64,000 bases of DNA from the NCBI GenBank assembly GCA_947588745.1, contig CANPYW010000008.1:446-64445 (forward strand), given 5' to 3'. This stretch comes from Candidatus Gastranaerophilales bacterium. GTDB lineage: Bacteria; Cyanobacteriota; Vampirovibrionia; Gastranaerophilales; Gastranaerophilaceae. Positions 28,191 to 37,968 of the stretch are shown here, in pieces. The stretch's first letter is position 1; every line of letters begins with the position of its first letter. Under the pieces are notes generated by a model, which was not told the DNA's origin, did no database searches, and was given only the letters and a program-made list of their open reading frames with translations. The position numbers and the translations under genes are program-made.

Positions 28191-31100
28191 TTATTTAAAA
28201 GCAAGAACATTGTTTTTGTATGCCGTTTGTTTTATATCATCAAACTTTTGAGAAATATATAATTGAGTATCTTCATACTTTTGTCTGAATTCTTCACGTT
28301 CTTTCGACACCTCGGAGTCATTCGGAACATCAATCGTATATAAAAGCATCATCCTATCGGATAACATTTGTGATAATTTATCAATATAATCTATACCAAC
28401 ATTAATATTTTCTTCCAAAATTGCCTGCAAGATATCATCATTTACAGCATTAAAATATGTCAAAATCATTGATGGAGCTATATTATAATGAGTATCTTCA
28501 AATTGTATGGAATTAAGATAATCAATATATTGTTTTGCAATATTATTATTCTTCAATGCAAATTTTCGTTTCATATATTTTCCTAATTGCTCTGTTATTT
28601 CGGGGAATGACTTATATTTTATTTTGCTTGAGTTTATATATTTAGTAATTTCATCATTAACTTTTTTAAACTCTTTAAGATTTAATTTTATATTTTTACA
28701 TTTTTCATCAACAAAATCTTTTGATTGATTAATATCAAATGTACTAATAAGAGCTTCCAATGCTCCTTGCGAGAGTCCTGACTGTTGCAGAAACAAATTT
28801 AAAGTCTTATTATCATCATTAGAATTTTTTAACTGTTCAACAAGATAAACTAAACCGACAGTATCAGACATTGGAAGTGTTCTTCCGTCACTTAATGTTA
28901 CGTGGAACATTTCAAGCATATCCTTTAGCTTTGAGCCTATTGACTCATGCTGATTTTGAACAAGTTTATATTGAACTCTTGTCTGTAATGCGACTTGAAG
29001 TGCTTCTTGCAAATATGTTTTTCTTACCTGATAATCATCTTTTTCAATATCACCATTCTGAACATCTTTTACACATTCAACAAGTAACTTTACTGGATTT
29101 TTTACAATATGCTTATCCGTTATATTTTCACTTATTTCATTTTCAAGCTGTTTTATAACTTTTTCATCTGCATCTTTTTTATATAAAACAACTAATTTAT
29201 TGAGCTTATTATATACATCATTTCTGTATTTTTCTTCAACATTAGTATTTACAAGCAATTTTATTTTATAACGGATTTGATTAAGTGTATCTTTATTAAC
29301 CTGTATAAATCTTTCTTTAGTAAACGAACTCTTTTCCCAATCAGAAACTATTTTTCTCATAGCTTTAATATCTTTTGATAATTCAAAGCAAGTAGTGTTT
29401 TCATCCTCATTTTGAAGTTTATGCATTATTGCGTTCACTGCTTTAATGAGTCCTTTAAATTCATCATCAGCTTCACCTATACAATCAAGTAAAACCTGTA
29501 ATGATTGTTTCATTTGCTCGATTTCTTCGGGATTCTCATCTTTTAAAAGTTTATTCTTATTTTGATTTATATCTTTCATAAGTTCGGTATTGGAAGTTTT
29601 ACGTTCAAAATCTTCATAATTTTCAAACATATTTATATAATAATTACCGCCTTTTATATTTGAAACGTCTTCTTTTAATGATTCAAACACAGAGAAAACA
29701 ACATCTTCAATTTTTTCATCTTTTAGAACCACAGGATTGGGGAATGCCTGTCTAACTTGATATTTTTGGAACGCTTCAGCCTTAAACGCCTTAATATATT
29801 TTTGAACATCCAAATCCGAAAGTCTGATTAAAAGTGTTCTGAAAAGTTCATCAGGGGTTTCGTTTTCATCATCATCTTTTGAAAGATTAAGTTCCGAATA
29901 TATTATGCCGGATGTTATAACACTTGATAATTCTCTTATAACATCCATATTTCCTTCTTTATATTTCAAAATATAATCATAAGCAGGCTTTATGTGTATT
30001 CCTATTTCTTCATCACTTAATAAATCAAACAATTTATCAACGGTATCATCATCTGCTTCTTGAAGTCCCTGAATTACTTTTAGCATTTCTTCATCTGAAG
30101 CCGGGTTAAAATACTTGTCTATAATTGACAAAAATTCATCTCTGAGCGGAGAATTATCAATCAAGGGACTATCTAAAGAACTAATCCTGATATTATTGTC
30201 AAATACTTCTTTTATAATTTTCTGAGCCCGGGGAATAAAATATCGTGCCGCTTTTTCATCATCCAAATAATCGCAAGCACCTTCAGCTATTTTATTCAAG
30301 TAGAAATTTTCCATTGAAGATATAGAACCGTCGACTTCAAACACACCTTCTTCATCATAAATAATATATTTTATGAGTTGCTCTTTATCTTCTTTAGGTA
30401 TTTGAATACTTAAATCCTTTTCTAATTGATTAAATAGATTTTCAAATTTCGGTCTTGCAGCTTCTTCAATAACCGCAATATTATCGTCAGATTTACCTAA
30501 TATAGTCAAAAGTACATTAATATGTTCGTCTTGAATTTCTTTATATCTTTTATCCAAATCATCCCTTGTAAGTGCAGAAAGGACATTATCAGCCCAAGCG
30601 GGATTATCCGTTGACATATATAATGCAAACTTATCCATGATAAATTTCAACGAATCATTTTCATCAAGTTTATCGTAATCTTCTTTTGTTTTAATTTCTC
30701 TATCAAGCCTTTTATAGATTTCATCCTCGATTGCTGAAGCTGTTTCATCTATACCGACCAATAAATCCAAATTTAATTTTGAACCAGATTTTAATTTTTC
30801 TTCCAAAGTTTCATAAACACGCTCCGCTCCCTGCATTGTGCATATATTATTAAACATTTTGTATAATTTTTGATATGCATCAACGGGTATTCCGGGCAAT
30901 ACCACATCGGTAAATAAACCAAAACTTTCTGTTTCATCAGGTACATCCTGTTTTGAAACGGGATTTTCTTTATGTAACCCTACTGCACCTGCTATATCTT
31001 TCAAAGGAAGCCCTATACGATAAGCATCATCGATTATAAACCCGTCTTTCCAACCGTATCCGCTTCCGTAATCAGTATGTTCAATGCCGTTTTCATCTTC

Positions 31101-34016
31101 CCAATAATAATCTTTTTCTATTCTTCCCCAGGAATTATCAGTCCATACAATACCTGAATTATCATCAGGAATATCAGTCCTATTTTCATTTAAGCCTGAT
31201 ACAAAGGGAATATATTGAGCGTGAAAAGCGTAATCGGAATCACTGACACTCATGGAAATAACTCCGCTGCCTTCACCTTTGGCTATTTGTTTAGCGGCTT
31301 CTTTTATATCATATACCATGTGATAGGGTCGGCCTGTCATTTGCTCGAATATTCTTATTTGTTCATTTGATGTTAACCCCGTAGAACCTTCTTCTCTAAC
31401 CCAAAACTGACCGTTTAACATTCCGATATCTGAATATTGCTTATCCAATTCTTCTTTTAAGCCTTTATTCATTGCCTGATATTCCAATGTGCAATATTTC
31501 TTCATTTGCGGAATACTTTTTTCTATTTTATTCAAAATCGCTATTTCTTCATCAGAAAAGACATACAACTTTTTATCTGCCTTTTCTCGTTCTTTTACAC
31601 TCTTTATTTGAGAATTCTTCCGCTTTTGACTCTGGATATAATCAAATTTTGCCTGTAGAATATTCAATTGATTTCTTGTTAATATATTTCCGGCTTTTTC
31701 AAGTTTTTCGAGTATTAAAATTCTTGGTGAAGGAATTTGCCATTTTTCAACAATTTCTTCCTGCATAGAAGCGAGTTTTAAAAATTTATCTCTCTGATTG
31801 CTGACACCTTCCGCTATATTTTCTTCACCGCCGAATTGTTTCGAAAGGAAATCGTATGTTTCTTGTGTTATTCCGGTTTGAAGCGAATTTATGAATGTAT
31901 TTATGAATGATGAAGCGAAATGCATACTATCCTGATAGCCCAATAAACGAATTGCCTCGTTTCTTACCTGTTTAGAGGGTGAAAACTTAAGTTTAGTCTG
32001 CCACTTTTGTAATTCATCCAAAACCGACATTTTATCATTGCTAACATTAAGCATAGAAGCAATCGTTTGAATTTTATCGGATTTTCCGTCTTTTACAGTA
32101 TTATATACATTTTCATACATTTTTTCGGCTAATTGAGTAGTATCCATACCGTACAAGCTTTTTAATATATTATCAACCTGTGCAGGAATTTGTGTATCAA
32201 TTAAATACATATCTTTTATAACGGATTTAGAAAGATTTTCTGCTGTTTTATCCCCTTGAATATTATCAATAAAAAGATTTTGCATTACCTCAGACTTTGC
32301 ATTTCTTTCTATTGTTTGCAGATAATTTAGAATTTGAGTTTCTCTTTCTTTTAAGCCGGATATTTTCTCAAACCGGACTACACCATCTTGCATATTTACA
32401 TCGGCTTCCATGGCAAGCCTGTGTGCAGCTGCCAAATTATACAGCTTTTTATAATAATCAAACTTACCTCTGCCCGTATCAAACCTATGCAATTTTTTCA
32501 AATTTTTATCCAAAATTGTATACTCATCAACCATTCTATAAATTTTATCGGAATTTTGAGAGAGTACTTCGCTTTCTTTCGCCGTAATTTGAGGATTAAT
32601 ATCTTTTATATATTTTTCTAATCTTGACTGTTTCTGTGATACGGGAAGCTGCGACGGTACATTTACTTCATTATTATCTTTTGTACCCGAATAAAATTCG
32701 TAAAGCCCTTTTTCCAGTTTAATAATTTCCTTGTCAGATTTATTAGGGAATACTTCACATAACACATTTCTTAGCACAGCTGATATTTTTGACTGTGTTT
32801 CAATTGTATCTTTTTTTGCGTATATTATATTCAAATGAGCAGATTTAATCCTGTTTTGGGTCCTTTGTAAGGATAATAATGACTCTTTTTCCTTTATCAA
32901 TGCTTTTAACAAATCTTTTTCTTCATGAGTTTCAACATCTAAATTTTCATACCAGCTTGTATCATCATATATACCGTAACTATCTTTATCAAAAGCACTG
33001 TACCATTCGGTTTGAATAGTTCCATCCCCGCTTGCGTGTGCATTATGCATCCAGTTATGAGCCGAAGCATCAACTATTCTATAACCTTTTTCCAATGCGG
33101 TATCATAATCTATATCGGTTTTGGGGATACTAACCTTTTTCCCCGTACCCAATTCCGTTACGTCAAATACTTCCATAACAGGAGAATTTTTAAGTTCTTC
33201 CAATATTAAATTTACATAACCCGTTTTATCTTCATAAGCCATAGCTTTTCTGCATATTGATATGGCGGCACACATGCCCGAATATTTTTGGTCGATTTCC
33301 TTTGTTGTTAATATTTCACTTTCGGGAGATTTAACGAGCAAATCATTCAGCATTTCATCAAGAACCCGGGGTTTTTTATCCGAAAGCTGCGGATTAATTT
33401 TATAGTCATCACTTAATAAATACAAAAATTTTTCAAGACATTCCCGTTTTTGTTTAAAAGATATTTCGGATGAGGAGATAAAATAATCGAGATTTTTTCT
33501 TATATTTGCACTGATTATTAACGAATCAACATCTTCAACTGATGTTTCAGAACATATTTTATCGGTTAATTGACGTCTTAATTCTAATATTTGTTTTTGT
33601 TCATTGGTCAAAGGCTTCGAATTTAAAAATATCCGCTCGTATTCTTGTTCTAAATCTTCCGTTTTATCACACGAAGCATTCAAAGCTCTTTTAATAGTAT
33701 CCGCAAGTAATTTAGACCAATCAGTATTTTCTCTTTGGGTCGGTGTATTAGCATCTAAATCCAGAATTTTTTTAAATTCGGACTCTCCGTTCTGACCGTA
33801 AGTCAAATTATCAGCCAAATCAAGCAAAAACTCTATGCTTTTTCTGTCCGTTTGACTGCCGACATTATTTAATGCGGCGTATATATTTTGTTTATTGTTT
33901 TCAATTAAGGGTTTTTCACCGTTTTTTAACTGTGTAAGCGTATTTTTATCCGTTCTTAAACTTTTAAAGCTGAATTTATATCTGTTATCAGTATTAAGAT
34001 TGCTTTGTATTCTCAT
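28191..34016 (-). CDS. Giant orphan protein (~1,941 aa) with a split papain/PepC-like (C1-type) cysteine-peptidase signature and long helical regions
   Basis: ORF 34058 starts at TTG, and ATG 34016 has AAGGA 6 nt upstream (MRIQSNLNTDNRYKFSFKSL...). Uninterrupted 5.8-kb frame. DQKYSGMCAAIS (Cys at 33270-33272), YAFHAQYIPFV (His at 31221-31223) and VWTDNSWG...YGSGYGWKDGF (Asn at 31134-31136). No signal peptide or TM segment seen. Confidence 0.7.
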   Translation of the reverse strand: MRIQSNLNTDNRYKFSFKSLRTDKNTLTQLKNGEKPLIENNKQNIYAALNNVGSQTDRKSIEFLLDLADNLTYGQNGESEFKKILDLDANTPTQRENTDWSKLLADTIKRALNASCDKTEDLEQEYERIFLNSKPLTNEQKQILELRRQLTDKICSETSVEDVDSLIISANIRKNLDYFISSSEISFKQKRECLEKFLYLLSDDYKINPQLSDKKPRVLDEMLNDLLVKSPESEILTTKEIDQKYSGMCAAISICRKAMAYEDKTGYVNLILEELKNSPVMEVFDVTELGTGKKVSIPKTDIDYDTALEKGYRIVDASAHNWMHNAHASGDGTIQTEWYSAFDKDSYGIYDDTSWYENLDVETHEEKDLLKALIKEKESLLSLQRTQNRIKSAHLNIIYAKKDTIETQSKISAVLRNVLCEVFPNKSDKEIIKLEKGLYEFYSGTKDNNEVNVPSQLPVSQKQSRLEKYIKDINPQITAKESEVLSQNSDKIYRMVDEYTILDKNLKKLHRFDTGRGKFDYYKKLYNLAAAHRLAMEADVNMQDGVVRFEKISGLKERETQILNYLQTIERNAKSEVMQNLFIDNIQGDKTAENLSKSVIKDMYLIDTQIPAQVDNILKSLYGMDTTQLAEKMYENVYNTVKDGKSDKIQTIASMLNVSNDKMSVLDELQKWQTKLKFSPSKQVRNEAIRLLGYQDSMHFASSFINTFINSLQTGITQETYDFLSKQFGGEENIAEGVSNQRDKFLKLASMQEEIVEKWQIPSPRILILEKLEKAGNILTRNQLNILQAKFDYIQSQKRKNSQIKSVKEREKADKKLYVFSDEEIAILNKIEKSIPQMKKYCTLEYQAMNKGLKEELDKQYSDIGMLNGQFWVREEGSTGLTSNEQIRIFEQMTGRPYHMVYDIKEAAKQIAKGEGSGVISMSVSDSDYAFHAQYIPFVSGLNENRTDIPDDNSGIVWTDNSWGRIEKDYYWEDENGIEHTDYGSGYGWKDGFIIDDAYRIGLPLKDIAGAVGLHKENPVSKQDVPDETESFGLFTDVVLPGIPVDAYQKLYKMFNNICTMQGAERVYETLEEKLKSGSKLNLDLLVGIDETASAIEDEIYKRLDREIKTKEDYDKLDENDSLKFIMDKFALYMSTDNPAWADNVLSALTRDDLDKRYKEIQDEHINVLLTILGKSDDNIAVIEEAARPKFENLFNQLEKDLSIQIPKEDKEQLIKYIIYDEEGVFEVDGSISSMENFYLNKIAEGACDYLDDEKAARYFIPRAQKIIKEVFDNNIRISSLDSPLIDNSPLRDEFLSIIDKYFNPASDEEMLKVIQGLQEADDDTVDKLFDLLSDEEIGIHIKPAYDYILKYKEGNMDVIRELSSVITSGIIYSELNLSKDDDENETPDELFRTLLIRLSDLDVQKYIKAFKAEAFQKYQVRQAFPNPVVLKDEKIEDVVFSVFESLKEDVSNIKGGNYYINMFENYEDFERKTSNTELMKDINQNKNKLLKDENPEEIEQMKQSLQVLLDCIGEADDEFKGLIKAVNAIMHKLQNEDENTTCFELSKDIKAMRKIVSDWEKSSFTKERFIQVNKDTLNQIRYKIKLLVNTNVEEKYRNDVYNKLNKLVVLYKKDADEKVIKQLENEISENITDKHIVKNPVKLLVECVKDVQNGDIEKDDYQVRKTYLQEALQVALQTRVQYKLVQNQHESIGSKLKDMLEMFHVTLSDGRTLPMSDTVGLVYLVEQLKNSNDDNKTLNLFLQQSGLSQGALEALISTFDINQSKDFVDEKCKNIKLNLKEFKKVNDEITKYINSSKIKYKSFPEITEQLGKYMKRKFALKNNNIAKQYIDYLNSIQFEDTHYNIAPSMILTYFNAVNDDILQAILEENINVGIDYIDKLSQMLSDRMMLLYTIDVPNDSEVSKEREEFRQKYEDTQLYISQKFDDIKQTAYKNNVLAFK

Positions 34017-34176
34017 TATATATCCTTCTAATATCTCAAAGATATTAAAATCGGACAAGATAATTTTTGTTATGAAACAAATCTTTCAAGAACAAAATTT
34101 ACTTTAGTTAACATATTTAAAGAGATATCCTCACAAAAATACATTTATACAATCATCCGTAATACAATTATAAGTA

Positions 34177-36837
34177 ATGAGAAAAGTAAGACTTGTAATT
34201 TTAAAAGTGATACTTGCCGTAATAATTTTTATGGCGGTATTTTATGCTCTGTTTTTATATGCACTTCCTCCGGTTTTAAATTCATCAAAAGTAAGGTTTA
34301 AAGCGGAACGATTGTTAAAAGAAAAAACAAATCTTGATTTAATTACAAAACACTTATATTTTAGAACCCACCCCGACTTATCAATCAGTATTAATGCGGA
34401 TAAGATTTATTTGGAAAACAAGGATAAAAAACCGGTTTTTAAAACAGACAATATTTCGGCATATTTTAATCTGCCCGAGCTTAAATTCAAAAATATTTAT
34501 ACGGATTATGTATATCTTGATGAATTTGAATTAAAAAGCTTAATTAAAAGCAATCAAACTAAATCGCACAACAAAGTTTTTAATATTGATACATCATACA
34601 TTCCGAACATCATTATTAAAAATGCGGAAATTTGGATTGACAAAGAAAGCATTAACAGCATCTTTATCGTAATTGATGACTTTAACATTATTAAAGCAAA
34701 ACACATGAAAGTATATTGTACATTTAAAGCCGACATTATATCGGCTATGCTGAAAAATCTTATACACATAGGCGACGGCGGTTGTTTATATATCGAAAAC
34801 AATAATATTTATGCAAAAGACCTCAAAATTAAAGTAGGATATCCCGATATCAAAATAAACGGACTTATTTCTAACAAAAATAGGGAAAACGATTTTACGA
34901 TAAAAGGAGATAATCTTCCCGTTAATGATATCGAATCATCACTGCTTTACTTTTTAAAATTAAGAAAAAAAGGAAAACAGTTCCTTGAAAATTTCAAAGA
35001 TTTTAACGGAAATATAGATATAAATTTAAACGTTAAAAATTGGGGTTTTTACGGAATGTGTTTTGCGGATGATTTAGAGGCAAAATCCGTTTTGTTTGAT
35101 GTTCCAGTTAAGTTTAAAAAAGTATTTTTTAAATTTAATAACAGAGAAGTAACTTCTAAAGCAATAGGCACTCTTGGCGGCGAAAAAGTGTTTAATACCT
35201 TTAAAATGACTGATATGGCAACGGATTTACAGGAAGTAACGGGGCATATTAATTCGTTTATAACAAACAAACTTGCTTCCGAATATCTCGATAATTCATC
35301 CGTAACGGGAGGCATGGATGCTTCGGTGGATTACAGAGTTAAAGACCATAAAATTTATGTTGATTATATGTTAAACATAAAAAAAGGCTCGGCATTTATT
35401 TATAAAAAATCATTTATAGGTATAACGAATAAAGACAGAAGAATTTTGGTTAAAACATTAAAAGACAATGATGAATTATATATCAGGCACTATGATTATT
35501 CAACGATAGAAAACAACAAAGTAAAAAACATAGTTCTCGGCACCGGATTGTTTAAGAAAAAAGACAATCATTTCACACCCGAATATATAACCTGTGCCAC
35601 CAACGGATTTGTTCCCGTTACCATAGCGGGTTCGTTCGGACAGGTTATAGACGGCGGGGTTTTCAGCGGTGATATTAAATATATTTTTAAGAAAAATCTT
35701 GTAACGGGTAATTTTACGGTAAAAGATACCGCATATAAAAACTTTTATGTTAATACCGCAAAAATTTTAGCAGATGAGAACAAAATCCGCATTGAAGCAA
35801 ACGGTGATTTTAAAAATTCGCCTTATGAATGTACGTTTGATGCAAAAAACGATATTACCGACAAAATACACATATATAATATGTATCTTATGCTCGAAGA
35901 ATACATTATAAATCCCGCTTTAAGCAAAAAAACCAAAATCAGCAAAAAAGTCGTAAACAAAATAAAAAACAAAGCAAAAGAACTGGATATCACAATTGAT
36001 AAATGGACGGTTAAAATTAACAAAATTCAAAGAAACAAGTTTGAATTGAAAAATATTATGCTTACGGGAAGTTTAAAAAACAATGTTTTCAAATTTTTAA
36101 TGCCGCATACGGAATTTTCAGACGGAATTCTTTGTGCTAACGGGGTTTATAACATAAATAATCTTTCATCCGAAATAAACTTTTCGGCACATAAAATAAA
36201 TTCAAATAAAGCTGCGGATATATTCTTCAATTTAAAAGACCAAATCGAAGGTATTGCGGACGCTTCTTTAAACTTAAAATCAAACAACAATTTTAAAGAT
36301 ATACAAGGGCTTATAACTTTTAAAGTGGAACAGGGTTATCTGCCAAAATTAGGAAGCACCGAATTTATCATAAAAAAATCAAAAAAAATAAAAAGAGAAT
36401 TGAAATTTAAAATTTCGGACATAATTAACATCGATATTAAAAATATGAAAGCATTGGCTTCCGATATTAACGGCAGTCTTTATATAGATAACGCAGAAAT
36501 TAAAGATATAGAAATCACATCACGTCAAAAATATTTATCTTTGCTTATAGAGGGCGATTATAATGCCGACAGTTGCGAAGCCGATTTGAATTTATACGGT
36601 AAATACAGCAATAAAGCACAGAAAAAAATAAAAATATTATTCATTCCGTTATCCTGGATTGTCAATATAATATTTAAACCCGAACATACGTTTGATAAAT
36701 ATATAAATGAAATTAATCGCATTCCGTCCATCCAAGCACAACAAAACGATGAAAACACTTTCAGGGTTAAACTTAAAGGTAACCTGAATTCCGACAACAT
36801 TGACGTTGAATTAAAAAGAATTATCAAAAATCATTAA
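34177..36837 (+). CDS. AsmA-family protein (TamB/AsmA-like envelope protein), paralogue 1
   Basis: 886 aa. Single N-terminal TM anchor (VILAVIIFMAVFYALFLYAL), a long beta-rich body and an AsmA_2-like C-terminus (DINGSLYIDNAEIKDIEITSRQKYLSLLIEGDYN...ADLNLYGKY). Both termini are clearly paralogous to 38864..41653. Confidence 0.6.
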   Translation: MRKVRLVILKVILAVIIFMAVFYALFLYALPPVLNSSKVRFKAERLLKEKTNLDLITKHLYFRTHPDLSISINADKIYLENKDKKPVFKTDNISAYFNLPELKFKNIYTDYVYLDEFELKSLIKSNQTKSHNKVFNIDTSYIPNIIIKNAEIWIDKESINSIFIVIDDFNIIKAKHMKVYCTFKADIISAMLKNLIHIGDGGCLYIENNNIYAKDLKIKVGYPDIKINGLISNKNRENDFTIKGDNLPVNDIESSLLYFLKLRKKGKQFLENFKDFNGNIDINLNVKNWGFYGMCFADDLEAKSVLFDVPVKFKKVFFKFNNREVTSKAIGTLGGEKVFNTFKMTDMATDLQEVTGHINSFITNKLASEYLDNSSVTGGMDASVDYRVKDHKIYVDYMLNIKKGSAFIYKKSFIGITNKDRRILVKTLKDNDELYIRHYDYSTIENNKVKNIVLGTGLFKKKDNHFTPEYITCATNGFVPVTIAGSFGQVIDGGVFSGDIKYIFKKNLVTGNFTVKDTAYKNFYVNTAKILADENKIRIEANGDFKNSPYECTFDAKNDITDKIHIYNMYLMLEEYIINPALSKKTKISKKVVNKIKNKAKELDITIDKWTVKINKIQRNKFELKNIMLTGSLKNNVFKFLMPHTEFSDGILCANGVYNINNLSSEINFSAHKINSNKAADIFFNLKDQIEGIADASLNLKSNNNFKDIQGLITFKVEQGYLPKLGSTEFIIKKSKKIKRELKFKISDIINIDIKNMKALASDINGSLYIDNAEIKDIEITSRQKYLSLLIEGDYNADSCEADLNLYGKYSNKAQKKIKILFIPLSWIVNIIFKPEHTFDKYINEINRIPSIQAQQNDENTFRVKLKGNLNSDNIDVELKRIIKNH

Positions 36838-36924
36838 GAATTATTAAACCGATTTAAAAATAATCGGAAAATTTAAGCCGACAAAATACTTTATATTATT
36901 AAAACATTTGGGAGGAAATAATAT

Positions 36925-37938
36925 ATGAATGATAATTTAGGCTTTAATCCGGTTAGTATAAATAAGGTTTATCAGACGGAAGGAGTAAAGTTACCCCAAA
37001 AAGCCAAAACTGAGCCGGTAACAGATACGGTTGAAATTACAAAACAAAAAAGCGGCAAAAGTAAAAGAAATAAAATTTTGGCAGGATTAGCAATTGCCAC
37101 AACGGCACTTGTTATAGGTATATCGGTTTACAAAAAGAAAAAAGCATTAAACAGTATTCCTCCCGAATTAAAAGAACTGTTTAATTCTCTTAAAGAGAAA
37201 TCGGGAAAAGAATATATTGATGATGCATATTCGGGTCTTGTTAAACACATGGGGCTTGACGATATAGCACCGAAAAGCGTTAATTTAACCGACAATGCCG
37301 ATGGAATCTTTTCCATCACAGGAGGATATAATCCGCTTGAGAATACGATTGAATATTCGAAAGGTTTTTCAAAACGCCTTAATAAAGAACAGCAATTCAA
37401 CATGTTAAGTCATGAACTGACTCACTGCAAGCAATTCACACAAGTTATAAGGACCGAAGGACTCGGTGTTGAAGCACTTGCGGAAGGCATAGCGGGAAAT
37501 GCCACAAAAAAAGACGTGTTTGGGCAGGACAGAGTAAGCGTTCTTGCGGAAACTTTAGGGGAAGAAGGAGCAAAGGAAATATTAAAAGAGCAAAAAGAAA
37601 AATTAATAAAAGAAATTCTCCCGAAATTAAAAGAAGCTCACGAAAAAGCATTATCATTACCAAAATTTGCGGCCGATTCGCCGGAGGGTATACAGGCAAA
37701 AAAATACATTGAAGCATATAAAGACTATGAAGGACTCGGTTTATTGGGGTTCGGAAGCGATAAATACAGAAGTAATTTATTGGAAGAAGAAGCTTATAAA
37801 TACGGTTCGAAAATGGAAAAATTATTTAACACTTATACTTTAAACCAACCGTCAAAATTATATACACGTGCAAAAGATTCCATACAAAGATTAAAAGACT
37901 CGCTATCAAAAAAACATATCAGCCAAGCTGCAAACTAA
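36925..37938 (+). CDS. Membrane-anchored HExxH protein (putative Zn-metallopeptidase, DUF4157-like motif)
   Basis: 337 aa. SD GGGAGG. Polar N-terminus, a single TM (ILAGLAIATTALVIGISVY), then ...GGYNPLENTIEYSKGF...FNMLSHELTHCKQF (HELTH at 37411-37425) with downstream Glu-rich segments. Confidence 0.5.
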   Translation: MNDNLGFNPVSINKVYQTEGVKLPQKAKTEPVTDTVEITKQKSGKSKRNKILAGLAIATTALVIGISVYKKKKALNSIPPELKELFNSLKEKSGKEYIDDAYSGLVKHMGLDDIAPKSVNLTDNADGIFSITGGYNPLENTIEYSKGFSKRLNKEQQFNMLSHELTHCKQFTQVIRTEGLGVEALAEGIAGNATKKDVFGQDRVSVLAETLGEEGAKEILKEQKEKLIKEILPKLKEAHEKALSLPKFAADSPEGIQAKKYIEAYKDYEGLGLLGFGSDKYRSNLLEEEAYKYGSKMEKLFNTYTLNQPSKLYTRAKDSIQRLKDSLSKKHISQAAN

Positions 37939-37968
37939 CATATAAAATATAATCTCAACCGGAACGAT

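Noticed and set aside
34017-34058. TTG-initiated 14-aa extension of the giant protein (MSDFNIFEILEGYI)
   Set aside because: ATG 34016 is preceded by AAGGA at proper spacing, and the extension has no SD. Similar TTG/GTG track starts were trimmed at 7093, 8821, 11171, 14947, 20527 and 45664 for the same reason.
36850-36878. Hairpin CCGATT-N7-AATCGG after AsmA paralogue 1, considered as a terminator
   Set aside because: It has only a 6-bp AT-biased stem and no following T-run. The next gene starts 45 nt later and may be co-transcribed.
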